From IMG/VR virus record IMGVR_UViG_3300033273_000374, positions 128,001 to 192,000 of that record: a stretch of 64,000 nucleotides of DNA. One strand, written 5' to 3'. The notes beneath the pieces are model-generated. The model ran no database searches. It saw only the letters and a list, made by a program, of their open reading frames with translations, and was not told where the DNA came from. Shown here one piece after another: positions 10,550-20,502 of the stretch. The stretch's first letter is position 1. Each line of letters starts with the position of its first letter. A program made the translations under genes and the position numbers. The DNA comes from a virus. Taxonomy: Duplodnaviria; Heunggongvirae; Uroviricota; Caudoviricetes.

Positions 10550-11227
10550 TCATGCTCCGTAGTACTCGCCTACTCTAGCCCACCATTTACGTTTGTATTT
10601 AGTGAACTCCTCACCCTCAATGGTCCAAGTTTGATACTGATAATCTTTGCTACACATCAACACCACACCCTGTTGGATGTTGGTATTGTACACTTCGTTG
10701 TGTGCATCTGCGTAAGCACACAACTGTAAGAAATAATCTTCAATCCATTCTGTTTTTTTAGGCTTGTTGGTTTGTTTGAAGTCTATGATAGCAGGCTTTC
10801 CGTTGTACACACCAACACAATCTGTTGTGCCTGCATACACTTGCGGAAAGTAAAGTGGTACTTCTGTGCCCCAGTATTCACTTGCATTGCACAGTCCTTG
10901 CTCCACAATAATTGTGGCCATTTTGTGTGATTGTTGTGAGTATGGGTTGCTACCTGGTTGTCCAATCTCGCCTGTTGTGACGTAGTCTTCTAACCACTTG
11001 TGCATGCGAGTGCCGCGTCCGGCTGCTTCTGTTACAATCTCTTGTGCTTTCTTTTCGCCAACACGACGTTTCCAGTTTAGTAGTGCTTGCTTCTTTTCTT
11101 CACTTTTGGTTCTATCTAGTATTGTGGTTACACTAGGTACTGCAGCACCATCTGGCGTACTGTACAATCTTTTACCGTCAACACTCTTGCGTTTGAGTTT
11201 GTGGTAATCATATGGGGAATTGATCAT
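10550..11227 (-). CDS. PD-(D/E)xK exonuclease (Cas4/MGME1-like)
   Basis: PSVTTIL, RGT.MH, E, YAGTTD, IIDFK, QL.AY. Confidence 0.88.
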   Translation of the reverse strand: MINSPYDYHKLKRKSVDGKRLYSTPDGAAVPSVTTILDRTKSEEKKQALLNWKRRVGEKKAQEIVTEAAGRGTRMHKWLEDYVTTGEIGQPGSNPYSQQSHKMATIIVEQGLCNASEYWGTEVPLYFPQVYAGTTDCVGVYNGKPAIIDFKQTNKPKKTEWIEDYFLQLCAYADAHNEVYNTNIQQGVVLMCSKDYQYQTWTIEGEEFTKYKRKWWARVGEYYGA

Positions 11228-11233
11228 GTGTTA

Positions 11234-11262
11234 AGTATAGCACATGTACTACATGTGGTCAA
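11234..11262 (-). promoter_or_regulatory. Sigma70-type promoter with perfect 17-bp palindrome in spacer; leaderless
   Basis: TTGACC-N17-TATACT-N6-ATG; CACATGTA-N-TACATGTG at 11241-11257. Confidence 0.75.
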
Positions 11263-12337
11263 GTCTAATGTCTTCTAAAAAGTCTCTAGCACGTTGTGTT
11301 AGTGCTTCCTTGCTTTGCATCATCTGTTGATTGTGTTCTAGTGCACCACCTAATTTTTGATAAACATCTATAGGATTTAATTTGGCAAGTTTTTTAAAAC
11401 TGTGAAAAGCAGCAATAACACGTTCTTCTTTATCATCAATCTCATCATAACTTTCGTCAATTACCCCGTCAAACGTTTTGAAGCCTATACTGCGTAAGTG
11501 TTGCAGTGTGTGTTTTCCACTTAGTACAATAAATGGTCGACCTGCCATCATGGGCTTTGCTGTTTTTTCTGTTACAAAAAAGCAATTATTATCTGCAATA
11601 GTTTCTCCTACCACACTGTACCAACTTGCATTCATGATTGGCATGCTAATGAATTGACTTACAAAACCCTCATCCAATTGATTTGTTGTGTTTACATAGC
11701 CACCATCTACTGTTGTAGAGTTAATAATTATTTGAGCTTCTTCATTTATGTTGTCTAAAAATTTGCTTTTGTATATACCAAAAAGGTTTACAATACAATC
11801 ATCTAATAGATTATTTGCTCGTAACATTTTAAAAAAAGTATTTCTATGGGGTTTTGGATTTCCAAGCAACACATCAGCAAGGTGCGATCTTTTGTTTGGG
11901 CCTAAGTGTGGCTGCGGCAGTATTTGTTTTTTGTTTACTTCGTGTGTTTTTACTAAATGGTAGTTGTTGTACACATATGGAACAGGCCACAAATGATCGT
12001 TTGGAGTAATACAAGCAGTAATCATGTAATCACGTTCAGTTAATGGACAATCTTTGACGTCATATGTGAGTTTGTGATCTAAATCCCCAACCCCTGGTAT
12101 GTACATTTCAAAATCTTCAAACACTATAGCTTTGTCAGGCAATGAGCTGCGATCAGCATACTGTTGATGATTGTAGTTTCTATATCTATAAAAACCTATT
12201 TTATCTGGATCAAAATATGGATGTGGATATTCGTCATCGTAGATGCTACTAAGTACACCATACTGGTTATCATTAAGGTGCGCCAAGCGCATTGCTTCAT
12301 GAAATTCAGCTGGAGTTGAAAAATTAGTAATTTGCAT
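11249..12337 (-). CDS. GT-B-like (TEK-motif) putative glycosyltransferase, paralog 1
   Basis: R...F, VVGET, FVTEKTAK...PF, GFKTF..IDESYD. Confidence 0.55.
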   Translation of the reverse strand: MQITNFSTPAEFHEAMRLAHLNDNQYGVLSSIYDDEYPHPYFDPDKIGFYRYRNYNHQQYADRSSLPDKAIVFEDFEMYIPGVGDLDHKLTYDVKDCPLTERDYMITACITPNDHLWPVPYVYNNYHLVKTHEVNKKQILPQPHLGPNKRSHLADVLLGNPKPHRNTFFKMLRANNLLDDCIVNLFGIYKSKFLDNINEEAQIIINSTTVDGGYVNTTNQLDEGFVSQFISMPIMNASWYSVVGETIADNNCFFVTEKTAKPMMAGRPFIVLSGKHTLQHLRSIGFKTFDGVIDESYDEIDDKEERVIAAFHSFKKLAKLNPIDVYQKLGGALEHNQQMMQSKEALTQRARDFLEDIRLDHM

Positions 12338-12349
12338 TGATAACGTTTG

Positions 12350-12709
12350 TTACCAATCAATCTTCCAGTAAAAGTATGTGCCACTAGAACTTTTTCTAGC
12401 AATGGTGTAACCTAAACCTTCAAAGTGATTGATGACTTCTTTCATTTGTTCTGTCTTGACTGCGTCTGTGATTGTGCCTTGCCAGGCTTTGTAATAGTTT
12501 AGACCATCTGTGTCATTGTCAGTCATTGGACTGCCAGTGATTGTTGTACCTTGTATTGTAACTGTGCTTGTATTGGTTATGTTAACTGTAAACACACCAC
12601 TTGCTACTGCATCTGCTACTGCAACTTCCATAATAGCAATCTGTTGTACCACAGTGTTTGTACCTTGTGCTTGTTCACGTGCGTTTGCTGCTGTTGGAAA
12701 TCTAGCCAT
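12350..12709 (-). CDS. Putative virion structural protein
   Basis: Thr/Ala-rich 119 aa at end of late operon. Confidence 0.5.
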   Translation of the reverse strand: MARFPTAANAREQAQGTNTVVQQIAIMEVAVADAVASGVFTVNITNTSTVTIQGTTITGSPMTDNDTDGLNYYKAWQGTITDAVKTEQMKEVINHFEGLGYTIARKSSSGTYFYWKIDW

Positions 12710-13461
12710 TATGCGTTCTTCTTTGCCATCTTAGTTGCAGTTGCATACTTTACTTCTTTCCAGCGAGAACCATATCGCTCTTTAAAGTCTGCATCTGGTA
12801 ATTTCTTTTCATAGTGTTTCAATTTAGCTTTTTCAGGTTTAGTAAGTTTACGTTCGCCTGTGAGCTTGCGTGAGATGCCTTGTTGTGTTTCAAGTTCACG
12901 CTGTAGAACTTTATAGTATTTGCTTGTGATTTGATCACGTATTTTTTGATCTTCGTGTTTGATAGAACCACGTGCATCATGCACATCATTGATTGCTTTG
13001 ATCAATTTTTGTTCTAGTTCATTTCCAAAAGTCTGCACTAGTAATTGTGCTGCTTGTCCATGCTCATTTGCGTCTTCAAGTTCATCAAATTGTTTGGCAA
13101 CGTCTGCGAGGTGCTGTGAACTATATGCTTCTCCTATGCTTTCATCACGTTTGTTCATTGCACGTTTAGCCATTTGTCCTACTTTTTCTTCTGGTGGAAC
13201 ATCACCTACAGGTGCATCTGCCTCAGGTTTACCTCCTACAAATGTTACAGTTTCTGCATCAAATTGTTGTATTACATTTGCAAGTTCTGGTTCACTGTCA
13301 TACATGTCTTTGAATTTGTCATAGGTAACGTTTATGCCAGCATTTCGTAATGCATATAAAAAATCTGCCATGCTGGCAGTGCCATCCTTGCTGTTGTTTG
13401 CAACAACATCTGCTACTGCTATGATGCTTTGTACGCTGTCAACAAATTCTGTAAATTGCAT
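12709..13461 (-). CDS. Putative internal head protein
   Basis: MQFTEF N-terminus; C-terminal F..RYG....V.YATATKMAK. Confidence 0.5.
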   Translation of the reverse strand: MQFTEFVDSVQSIIAVADVVANNSKDGTASMADFLYALRNAGINVTYDKFKDMYDSEPELANVIQQFDAETVTFVGGKPEADAPVGDVPPEEKVGQMAKRAMNKRDESIGEAYSSQHLADVAKQFDELEDANEHGQAAQLLVQTFGNELEQKLIKAINDVHDARGSIKHEDQKIRDQITSKYYKVLQRELETQQGISRKLTGERKLTKPEKAKLKHYEKKLPDADFKERYGSRWKEVKYATATKMAKKNA

Positions 13462-14237
13462 TACTCAGCCTTTTCGCGTCCCATTGGCTCTTCACCGCCT
13501 ACTGCAGCATCACTAGCAGCAAAGTCATCTTCTGGCTCTGCGTCTAATGTTGGGTCTGTGCCCATTTCTGCATCTGGTGCTGTAATTTCACCTGGCTCAT
13601 CACCCATTGGTTCTGCAGGTGTTTCGCCTACCAGTATACGACTTGCTTCGTCTACACTTGTTCTTGCTGTGCCTAAATTGTCAAGCAAACCTTGTAGTGC
13701 AGTGCTCATGCTACTGTTGAAACTGTCTGCAACGCTACTGTCCATTTCGTCACGGATAGCATCTGTAAGTGGTGGAAGATCTTCGTTGATCATTTTACCA
13801 ACATCTTCTAGCATGCCCTGAATTCTATCTACCATGTCTTTGGCTGCTAGTACAAGTTCAGCACTCTCAACTTCGCCTTCTGTGATCACGCTTTCGTCAA
13901 CTTTCTTTTTCTTAGCATCTTTGGCAGCCTTCTTCATAGGCTCCTTCTTATCACCGTCTTTGTCTAAGTCTAGGAAGTCTGGCTTGGCTTTTGCTTCTGC
14001 TAAGTGTGCTTCTAGTGCTTGTTTAGCAATGCGCAGTTCTTGAAACTGTTTGTTGTTAAATGCACGAGCGCCTTCGCGACTTTCCATTACAGCAAGGGTA
14101 TCACTTAGGTTTTTGTGTAATTTTTCTGCTTTTGATTCTGAGAGCCTGTCTACATCAATAGTATAGCCGAAGATTTTATTAGCAACTTGCATAATCTTCT
14201 TACTACTCGGTGCAGGCACCAATTCGTTAAGATCCAT
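13461..14237 (-). CDS. Acidic prohead core/scaffold-like protein
   Basis: KPDFLDLDKDGDKKEPMKKA motif, L/I-x-E sites, acidic tail; TAAATA upstream. Confidence 0.55.
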   Translation of the reverse strand: MDLNELVPAPSSKKIMQVANKIFGYTIDVDRLSESKAEKLHKNLSDTLAVMESREGARAFNNKQFQELRIAKQALEAHLAEAKAKPDFLDLDKDGDKKEPMKKAAKDAKKKKVDESVITEGEVESAELVLAAKDMVDRIQGMLEDVGKMINEDLPPLTDAIRDEMDSSVADSFNSSMSTALQGLLDNLGTARTSVDEASRILVGETPAEPMGDEPGEITAPDAEMGTDPTLDAEPEDDFAASDAAVGGEEPMGREKAE

Positions 14238-14267
14238 GGTAGATTCCTTTAATGTCTATTGTTGTAT

Positions 14268-14702
14268 TTATGTTAAATTAATTGAAAGTAGATTTGTCTG
14301 AAGTTCTGTTTTTGCATATTCTAACCGGGCAATGTCTTCACTGAGTCTGCAGTTTAGAATACTTTTACGCACTTTACTGGCTTTGCGCATACTGTGTTTA
14401 TAGAATAGGCAGTCTTCATTCAATTTACTGATGCGGAAATCTAAATCTTCTATGAGCCTTGCTGTACCATGCTGATTATTAATGCAACTGATTGCATATC
14501 CAACAGCACTTTTTTTGTAAGCAAAACTTTTGTCTTTGTACCGCCATACACCTTCACACTGTTCTATAACAATGCCATTAACTGTTATGCTCGTAGGTGT
14601 ATTGTTGTACAGTTTTACTTTTACGTTTGTGCTGTCAACTGTACGATTAAACTGTTTACTGAGACTTTTTACTAGATCTAATTTTGTAGAATAAGTCGCC
14701 AT
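14268..14702 (-). CDS. Hypothetical protein
   Basis: ORF in operon. Confidence 0.6.
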   Translation of the reverse strand: MATYSTKLDLVKSLSKQFNRTVDSTNVKVKLYNNTPTSITVNGIVIEQCEGVWRYKDKSFAYKKSAVGYAISCINNQHGTARLIEDLDFRISKLNEDCLFYKHSMRKASKVRKSILNCRLSEDIARLEYAKTELQTNLLSINLT

Positions 14703-14877
14703 CAATTTTTTTCCTTGTTATAATTGATTTGTTCACTAAACTATTTGCTAGATTTTGTTCATATTCTGTGAGATCTCGTTTGCGCACATTAACTTCTGCT
14801 TCTATGCGCTGAAACATGTTGTGTTCATCATTGTTCACATAAACTGGAATACCAGGAAATGCTTCGTGTGCTCTCAT
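14656..14877 (-). CDS. Small hypothetical protein (winged-helix-like)
   Basis: LTEYEQNLANSLVNKSII.R. Confidence 0.55.
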   Translation of the reverse strand: MRAHEAFPGIPVYVNNDEHNMFQRIEAEVNVRKRDLTEYEQNLANSLVNKSIITRKKIDGDLFYKIRSSKKSQ

Positions 14878-15338
14878 TAACTTAGTTCTACTGTTTGCCC
14901 GGGCTTGAGTGCATCTTTAGGATCTTTGGCTCCTGGTACACTACCTTTGGGCTTGATTTTTGATTTTTTAGTGGCTGGGTCAACTTCTACATCTACTTTG
15001 TCTAGATCAATTTCTACACCATCACCTGCTTCAATCTTGTTGCCCATACGTTTTGTAATTTTAATTTCTTGCTCGCTAACACCTCTTTCTAGTGCTCTTT
15101 TTAGCATTTCAATGTTTCGTCTTGCACTGACTTTGATGTCTGGATTTGCATCCCATGCTGCTTGTTCTTTATCAATTAAACTTTTGAGTACATCTGCATC
15201 GCCTTTGCCCATTTGAGCAGCACGCACTGCGTCTAGTACTTCACGCTCTGCTGCTTTGCGTTCTGGACTGTACACTGCGTTTATTTGTCTAATAGCATCA
15301 TCTATGGCTGTGTTTTCTACAAATTCATTTAGTCTCAT
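14877..15338 (-). CDS. Putative internal head protein
   Basis: MRLNEFVE N-terminus. Confidence 0.5.
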   Translation of the reverse strand: MRLNEFVENTAIDDAIRQINAVYSPERKAAEREVLDAVRAAQMGKGDADVLKSLIDKEQAAWDANPDIKVSARRNIEMLKRALERGVSEQEIKITKRMGNKIEAGDGVEIDLDKVDVEVDPATKKSKIKPKGSVPGAKDPKDALKPGQTVELS

Positions 15339-15616
15339 CGGTTCAATGCCTTTACTCTACGACTTGCAGGGTTTACTCTTTTGGTTCTTTTTGCTTTACG
15401 AGCCATTCTAGCACCCATTCTTGCTTTTGTCAATTTAAGTTTGATACGTTTTTTGATGTCAGGTGCAGCAAAGCACTGTGCTGGTGTAGCAACAATGCGT
15501 CCTTTGCGTCTGCCGCTGGTGCAACGATACTTGCGCACGACTTTGTTGCCACGCTTGGCCCAAGCCATGCCCTCATTGAGGCCCAACACTTCTGGTATAA
15601 TATCACCTATTAACAT
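15335..15616 (-). CDS. Highly basic late protein
   Basis: K/R-rich after LNE site; RC.SG.RKGR.V....C; TAAATA 5 nt before ATG. Confidence 0.65.
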   Translation of the reverse strand: MLIGDIIPEVLGLNEGMAWAKRGNKVVRKYRCTSGRRKGRIVATPAQCFAAPDIKKRIKLKLTKARMGARMARKAKRTKRVNPASRRVKALNR

Positions 15617-15635
15617 GTAGTTATTTATGGAAAAA

Positions 15636-15893
15636 CTATTTTAGTAAAACAAACACTGTGCTGCTGAGTGCTACAGCAAGTGCACCTATGATGGCTGTGG
15701 CCCAGCCTAGCAGTTGACGATTACGGAACTGGTCATTCTTTACAACCGCAGTTCTAATTTCTGCAATATCGTTGTCCTGCTTGGCCATATGTTCAATGAT
15801 ACGATCAAGTTTGTTATGCAATTGGTTGTACCTTTCTCCACACAATTCAACGTGTGCTTCAAGGCTCTCTTTTTCAATATCGGTTGTTGACAT
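15636..15893 (-). CDS. Coiled-coil + C-terminal TM protein (holin/XhlA-like)
   Basis: LEAHVELC.ERY coiled coil then ~22-aa hydrophobic C-terminus. Confidence 0.55.
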   Translation of the reverse strand: MSTTDIEKESLEAHVELCGERYNQLHNKLDRIIEHMAKQDNDIAEIRTAVVKNDQFRNRQLLGWATAIIGALAVALSSTVFVLLK

Positions 15894-15930
15894 AAGTCCA
15901 CCCTACTGGTTCGTATAATTGACGCTTGAG

Positions 15931-15988
15931 TGTTTTATATGTGCCTGTGTATTGCCTAGTGTGTGCCTTGTAGCATCACTATTATTTA
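15931..15988 (-). promoter_or_regulatory. TAAATA late promoter followed by three AGGCA repeats at 11-bp period
   Basis: TGCCT on + strand at 15942, 15953, 15964; CAGGCACATATAAAACA on - strand. Confidence 0.6.
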
Positions 15989-16429
15989 TTAGGAAGTGAC
16001 CCGCATTATAAATGTGTTTTTATTTTCGCCATGTGTGGCAAACACACTGGGTTCCATGATACAGTTCTCATCTAGACCGCTGATTGCAGGTGTGTTGTGT
16101 AGTGCATCTGCCAAGAACCGTGCATTTTCTCCTAGCACACCATCTTGTTCTACACCAAATTGCCATAGCCATATGTTGTGATCAACGTTGAAAAGTTCTC
16201 TAATTACCCTGTGCTTTTCGCCAAATTTATCACTATACCTTTTGTGTATTTTGTCAATTGACCCTGTGATAGGATCTTGAATACTGTGTGGTTGTGTGTA
16301 CAAACCTACAGTCTGTACCAGTGTGTCGTAGTTTCGCTGTTGATTGCGACTTTTGCCTGCTGCACGATATTCGTTGGTGCGTGTAATATCTACCAATGTC
16401 AACAGAGCGTAAAACTCTTTAAATTCCAT
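15989..16429 (-). CDS. Hypothetical protein
   Basis: TLVDIT.T, RNQQRN.DTL.Q. Confidence 0.65.
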   Translation of the reverse strand: MEFKEFYALLTLVDITRTNEYRAAGKSRNQQRNYDTLVQTVGLYTQPHSIQDPITGSIDKIHKRYSDKFGEKHRVIRELFNVDHNIWLWQFGVEQDGVLGENARFLADALHNTPAISGLDENCIMEPSVFATHGENKNTFIMRVTS

Positions 16430-16830
16430 GCAACGGATCCTCGTCTCTCAAATACAAGCCCAATTCAATCAATGCACTTTGATTCTTGCATTCTATACAA
16501 TCAACACTATTATACGACATAAACCGCAAACACTGCAACCTATTTGTGCCCATGTACACACCCCAAATCATACCATCCTCGTTCACCACAGGAGGATTGA
16601 TGTGTGGCCACATTTCGTGTGCGCCTTTGCGTTTGTAGAAACTTGTATTCCACCAGTCCGGTGTACATTTATAATATAGTAGTGGATACCATAATCCATC
16701 ATCCATTATACGTGGTAAGTCACGCCAATACCAACGGTTGTCATTGTGCCAACTCATTGGCGATAGTTGTGATAGTTCTACACTGTGTATTCCAGGATGA
16801 TCTTGCCATAGGCTTTTACAATGTGTCATT
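16419..16830 (-). CDS. Hypothetical protein (possible ParB/Srx-like fold)
   Basis: GLWYPL...GTNRL; start likely MTHCK after TAAATA. Confidence 0.5.
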
Positions 16831-16848
16831 ATGTGTGTATTTAATTCA

Positions 16849-16882
16849 TAAAAAAAAGCGGTGCTAAAAAACACCGCTTTTT
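16849..16882 (-). terminator. Rho-independent terminator (bidirectional-type)
   Basis: AAAAAGCGGTG-loop-CACCGCTTTTT. Confidence 0.85.
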
Positions 16883-16903
16883 GTTTAGTAATAGTAAAGT
16901 GTA

Positions 16904-17293
16904 TTAGACGATTGCGTCTGCCAATGCACTTGTTGGACCACCTTGCTCAACTGTTGCTGAACTAAGGTCGATGCTGTCAACTGTGCCTAGTGCTCGTACT
17001 GCTGCTTGAATAACAGTTGAAGCTGCAAAGTTGCCTACTGCTGTGTCTGTTGTAAGACGCTCAATGCCTACGATTTGACGTGTGTCTGAATCGTATAGTG
17101 GGCCTAGGTATACGATTGTACCAAATGTACCTAGTAATGAGTAAACCTGTGCAAGTGTGCTTGCTGGGCCTGTCTTTCCACTTACGTCTGCTAGATAATC
17201 AATTTCGAGGTATGTAATGTCTTCTGCACCTGCTCCCATTGAAACTGGGAAAGTAGGTGTTGATGTTGGGTGTACTCTTGTTAAGTCAGCCAT
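16904..17293 (-). CDS. Putative virion structural protein (paralog of 17315-17734)
   Basis: MADLTRVH..., Q.A.R.LG. Confidence 0.6.
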   Translation of the reverse strand: MADLTRVHPTSTPTFPVSMGAGAEDITYLEIDYLADVSGKTGPASTLAQVYSLLGTFGTIVYLGPLYDSDTRQIVGIERLTTDTAVGNFAASTVIQAAVRALGTVDSIDLSSATVEQGGPTSALADAIV

Positions 17294-17314
17294 TTTTCTA
17301 TTCCTTCTCTATTA

Positions 17315-17734
17315 TTATACTAGCTCGAAGCCAGGATCTGTTACATCGCTGCCACTGCAGTCGAGGTTGTTACCGCCAGCTGCTGTTAGTGTGCGAATTG
17401 CTGTTTGTAGTGAACTTGCTGTGTAAGCACCAGCTGGGTATAGAGCAACACTGATTTGACCACTTGTGTCACCTTCAACTTGGTACATTTCAATGTTTGC
17501 ACCACCGTTTGTGATTTTGTCAAAAATTGCTACTACACCTTCTGCTGCGTCTAGCTCGTTGCGTAGATCTTCTACGTTACCTGACACGTCTTTGATTATG
17601 ATCTTAAAGAAGTCAAGTTGTGGTCCGTTTAGGATCACTGTTTCGTCTGCTGCGATAGCGCCGCTGCCTGATGCGCCACGGTCTTGGTTAACAACACCAA
17701 ATGCTGAACCATGTGTACGGGTAATTTCCGCCAT
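17315..17734 (-). CDS. Putative virion structural protein
   Basis: MAEITRTH..., LQTAIRTL; TAAATA, leader hairpin and GGAG upstream. Confidence 0.6.
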   Translation of the reverse strand: MAEITRTHGSAFGVVNQDRGASGSGAIAADETVILNGPQLDFFKIIIKDVSGNVEDLRNELDAAEGVVAIFDKITNGGANIEMYQVEGDTSGQISVALYPAGAYTASSLQTAIRTLTAAGGNNLDCSGSDVTDPGFELV

Positions 17735-17792
17735 TTTCTTTCTCCAAATGTGTGCAAATGCTTTGCATCTGCTTACATTTATTTATGACAGT

Positions 17793-18479
17793 TTATAGGA
17801 ATTTTCGTCCAAATGCGTAACCAGCACCAAATGCTGCTGCTGCTTTTGCCACAGTTTTTACTGCACTTTTTGCAATACTGTCGCCTTTTGGACCACCACT
17901 AACTAGTCCTTGTGACACTGTTGCTGCAGCATATGGACGGAACATGTCGCTGCGGAATTTTTGGTCATGACGATTTGCATTTATCATGCGTTGAGCAACT
18001 GCTTTGCGTTCGTTGTCAGAAGCACTACCATAGTCCTGTGCAATGCGACGTGCATTTTTTAGCAGACCATTGCGAATTTGTAAATTGCGTTGCATGCTCA
18101 ACAACATCTCTCTGTCTTGTGCCTTGTTTATTTTACCGCTGGCTACCTGACGCAAATAACGTTTGAACTTGAGTTCATCCAAATACACATTGCCTGAACT
18201 TGTAAGTTTATCACCAAATTTGCTTTGATTTGTGAGTATTGCTGCAAGATTGTGCAAGTCTGTTGCACCTGTGCGCACATTTGAGAAGGTTTGATACTGC
18301 AGTGTTTTTTTTGCATAGGCTGCTGCAGCCTCGGGGTTTTCATAACGCATCTGTTGCAACATCAGCATGTGCTCAAAGAATGTGTTGGCAATGTCATACT
18401 CACTGTAACCAGTGGCATCTTTTGGATTTCGCAAGTATCTTGCTTCAGTGAGCTCTTCTCTTATAAACTCAAATGCCAT
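17793..18479 (-). CDS. Putative internal head protein
   Basis: MAFEFIREELTEAR; amphipathic Gly/Ala C-terminus. Confidence 0.5.
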   Translation of the reverse strand: MAFEFIREELTEARYLRNPKDATGYSEYDIANTFFEHMLMLQQMRYENPEAAAAYAKKTLQYQTFSNVRTGATDLHNLAAILTNQSKFGDKLTSSGNVYLDELKFKRYLRQVASGKINKAQDREMLLSMQRNLQIRNGLLKNARRIAQDYGSASDNERKAVAQRMINANRHDQKFRSDMFRPYAAATVSQGLVSGGPKGDSIAKSAVKTVAKAAAAFGAGYAFGRKFL

Positions 18480-19726
18480 TACCATTCCTTCTTTATGACA
18501 AAGTTATTGCGGTTGAATTCAAGTCTATCATTAAACTTTACTGCACCGCCTGCTTTGCCAACTGCTACATAACCTTCAGGATTTGTAACTTCATATCCTT
18601 GGTCAGTCTTTACAAATGTTCCCATTCCTTCAACTGTATTTAACTTCTTGATCAGCATCAATTTCAAATTGTTTATTTGTTTATACACAGTGAGTATGCT
18701 GAACAGTGTGTCTTTGTTTTCTGCAAACGAATCTTGCATGTCTTGTATTCTTTGCAATCTTGCTTGTGCTGCAGGTGACTCTTCTCCACCTTTTAACTTT
18801 GAAATTTCGCCTCGCATTTTGTTTGCAAAAAAGTCTTGTAGTCCACGCAAAAATGTGTTACTGTCTCCAACACTTTGATTTTTTCTAACAAGATTGTTTA
18901 TGTAAGGCTGGACAAACTTTTTAAAGTCTGCTTGTTGTGTAACTTTATCAAACTCAGCTTTATTTGTATTAGCCAGTGTGCTGGTAATTTGTTTTATACC
19001 ACGCTGTATGATGCTGTTTTGTTTGTCACTGAGTGTGGCACTGCCTGTTACATCTTTGTAAAATGCATCATCTACCCAAACACTTGGTGTTTTCTTAAAG
19101 CCTTTTACAGCAACACCAAAACTGCTCTTCATGTCTGCAATAGTTTCACCTTCGTATGCAGTGTGGAATATAATGCCGAGGTTGGCAGCACTCATGCGTT
19201 TTGCAACATCGCTGTCTGCAGGCACTGCATATGTAATGGTGTTTGGACGGAATGTCAAGTATTCTACACCATCAATGGTTTCGTTTTTCAAACTGTCTTT
19301 GGTGAACATCATGTCGCCCTGCACAACACCCTCAATGCCCAGTTTGCTTAATTCGTCTAAACACAAGTGCAGTTTGTCCTTGACTGGGCTCTCGCCATAT
19401 ACATCATCAATCTCTTCGTGTGTGCGTCCTAGTTTGGGTGTTGCACCAAACACACTTTTTGTGCCTACAAAAAACTTACCGCTTTCTGGATCTGTGCCAC
19501 ACACAATAGCAGGTGCACCATCCCATTTAACAGTGACTTGCTGGCTACGGTCCCCACCTTGAGCCAGCATGCCACGCACACCTTCTAGGTATGCCAGTGC
19601 TTCACGAGCACCTGTGTAACCATCATCCAACACTAAATCTTCAAGATGTGTCATATGCACATTCTTGCCTGCTTTGCTTTCTATCAGCATCCAATCTCTT
19701 AGTGTGGTAATTTCTTGTAATAACAT
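18479..19726 (-). CDS. DUF6267-like protein with ligase-type nucleotidyltransferase motifs
   Basis: H.EDL, TVKWDG (motif I), QGD, PEGYV (IV), AVK (V). Confidence 0.6.
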   Translation of the reverse strand: MLLQEITTLRDWMLIESKAGKNVHMTHLEDLVLDDGYTGAREALAYLEGVRGMLAQGGDRSQQVTVKWDGAPAIVCGTDPESGKFFVGTKSVFGATPKLGRTHEEIDDVYGESPVKDKLHLCLDELSKLGIEGVVQGDMMFTKDSLKNETIDGVEYLTFRPNTITYAVPADSDVAKRMSAANLGIIFHTAYEGETIADMKSSFGVAVKGFKKTPSVWVDDAFYKDVTGSATLSDKQNSIIQRGIKQITSTLANTNKAEFDKVTQQADFKKFVQPYINNLVRKNQSVGDSNTFLRGLQDFFANKMRGEISKLKGGEESPAAQARLQRIQDMQDSFAENKDTLFSILTVYKQINNLKLMLIKKLNTVEGMGTFVKTDQGYEVTNPEGYVAVGKAGGAVKFNDRLEFNRNNFVIKKEW

Positions 19727-20502
19727 TATGCAGTCTTTTCTAGTTGTGCTACAACCGCTGCTTTTAATTTAGCATCTGCATTGATAGTTTTAAGAAGTTT
19801 TGCAACTTTAGGGCTTGCTTGTGCAGGTGCTTGTGCTTGTGCTGCTGGTTGCGCACCGGCTGCTGCAGGCTTGTCTATGCTTTGTATTGCTTTCTTGTCA
19901 ACTGCAAATATAGCACTACCAATTTTTAATTGTATTTGCTCATCGCCTTGTGCATCTTTTGTGTTGAGTGTAGCAGCATCTTTGTTTACCACTGCTTGTT
20001 TCTTTTCGCCTTTGGCATTTATGTATGTAACAGTGTCACCCACTTTAGGATCAATTGCAGGACCACTAGTGGCTACACCTGCTGCTGTTGGTTCATTGGG
20101 TTTGGGTTGTGCGCCTGCGGCAGCCGCTGCGGCTGTTCCAGCGCCTTTGTCTCCTCTGTTTACAGTTTTATAAATTGTTTCTTGGTATTTGGCTTTGATT
20201 GCACCTGTGATATAAGCATCCAGTGCTTTAGAATCATCTGGATTGCCTGTGAATGGTGGTTCATTATTTTTTGGATCAGCAAAATCTACCACTTTGTTTG
20301 TTACGTCTGTGATCAGTGCTGGTGCTTCTTTAGCATACACATCTGCGCCACGAGCCTTTAGTTGTGCCATTGCTTTTGTAACATCAGCTTTGACACCTTT
20401 GAGCACTGCAGGAACCTGCTTTAATTTTTGGTTATACTCACGGTCAAGTTTCCGAGTCGCTACATCCACATCTGCTTCTAAAATTATTTGTGAAATTTTC
20501 AT
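19726..20502 (-). CDS. Ala/Lys-rich putative internal head protein
   Basis: MKISQIILEA; low-complexity linkers. Confidence 0.55.
   Translation of the reverse strand: MKISQIILEADVDVATRKLDREYNQKLKQVPAVLKGVKADVTKAMAQLKARGADVYAKEAPALITDVTNKVVDFADPKNNEPPFTGNPDDSKALDAYITGAIKAKYQETIYKTVNRGDKGAGTAAAAAAGAQPKPNEPTAAGVATSGPAIDPKVGDTVTYINAKGEKKQAVVNKDAATLNTKDAQGDEQIQLKIGSAIFAVDKKAIQSIDKPAAAGAQPAAQAQAPAQASPKVAKLLKTINADAKLKAAVVAQLEKTA

Noticed and set aside
10550-11227. Cas4 indicating a CRISPR-Cas system
   Set aside because: No Fe-S cysteine cluster, cas genes or array; ordinary phage exonuclease
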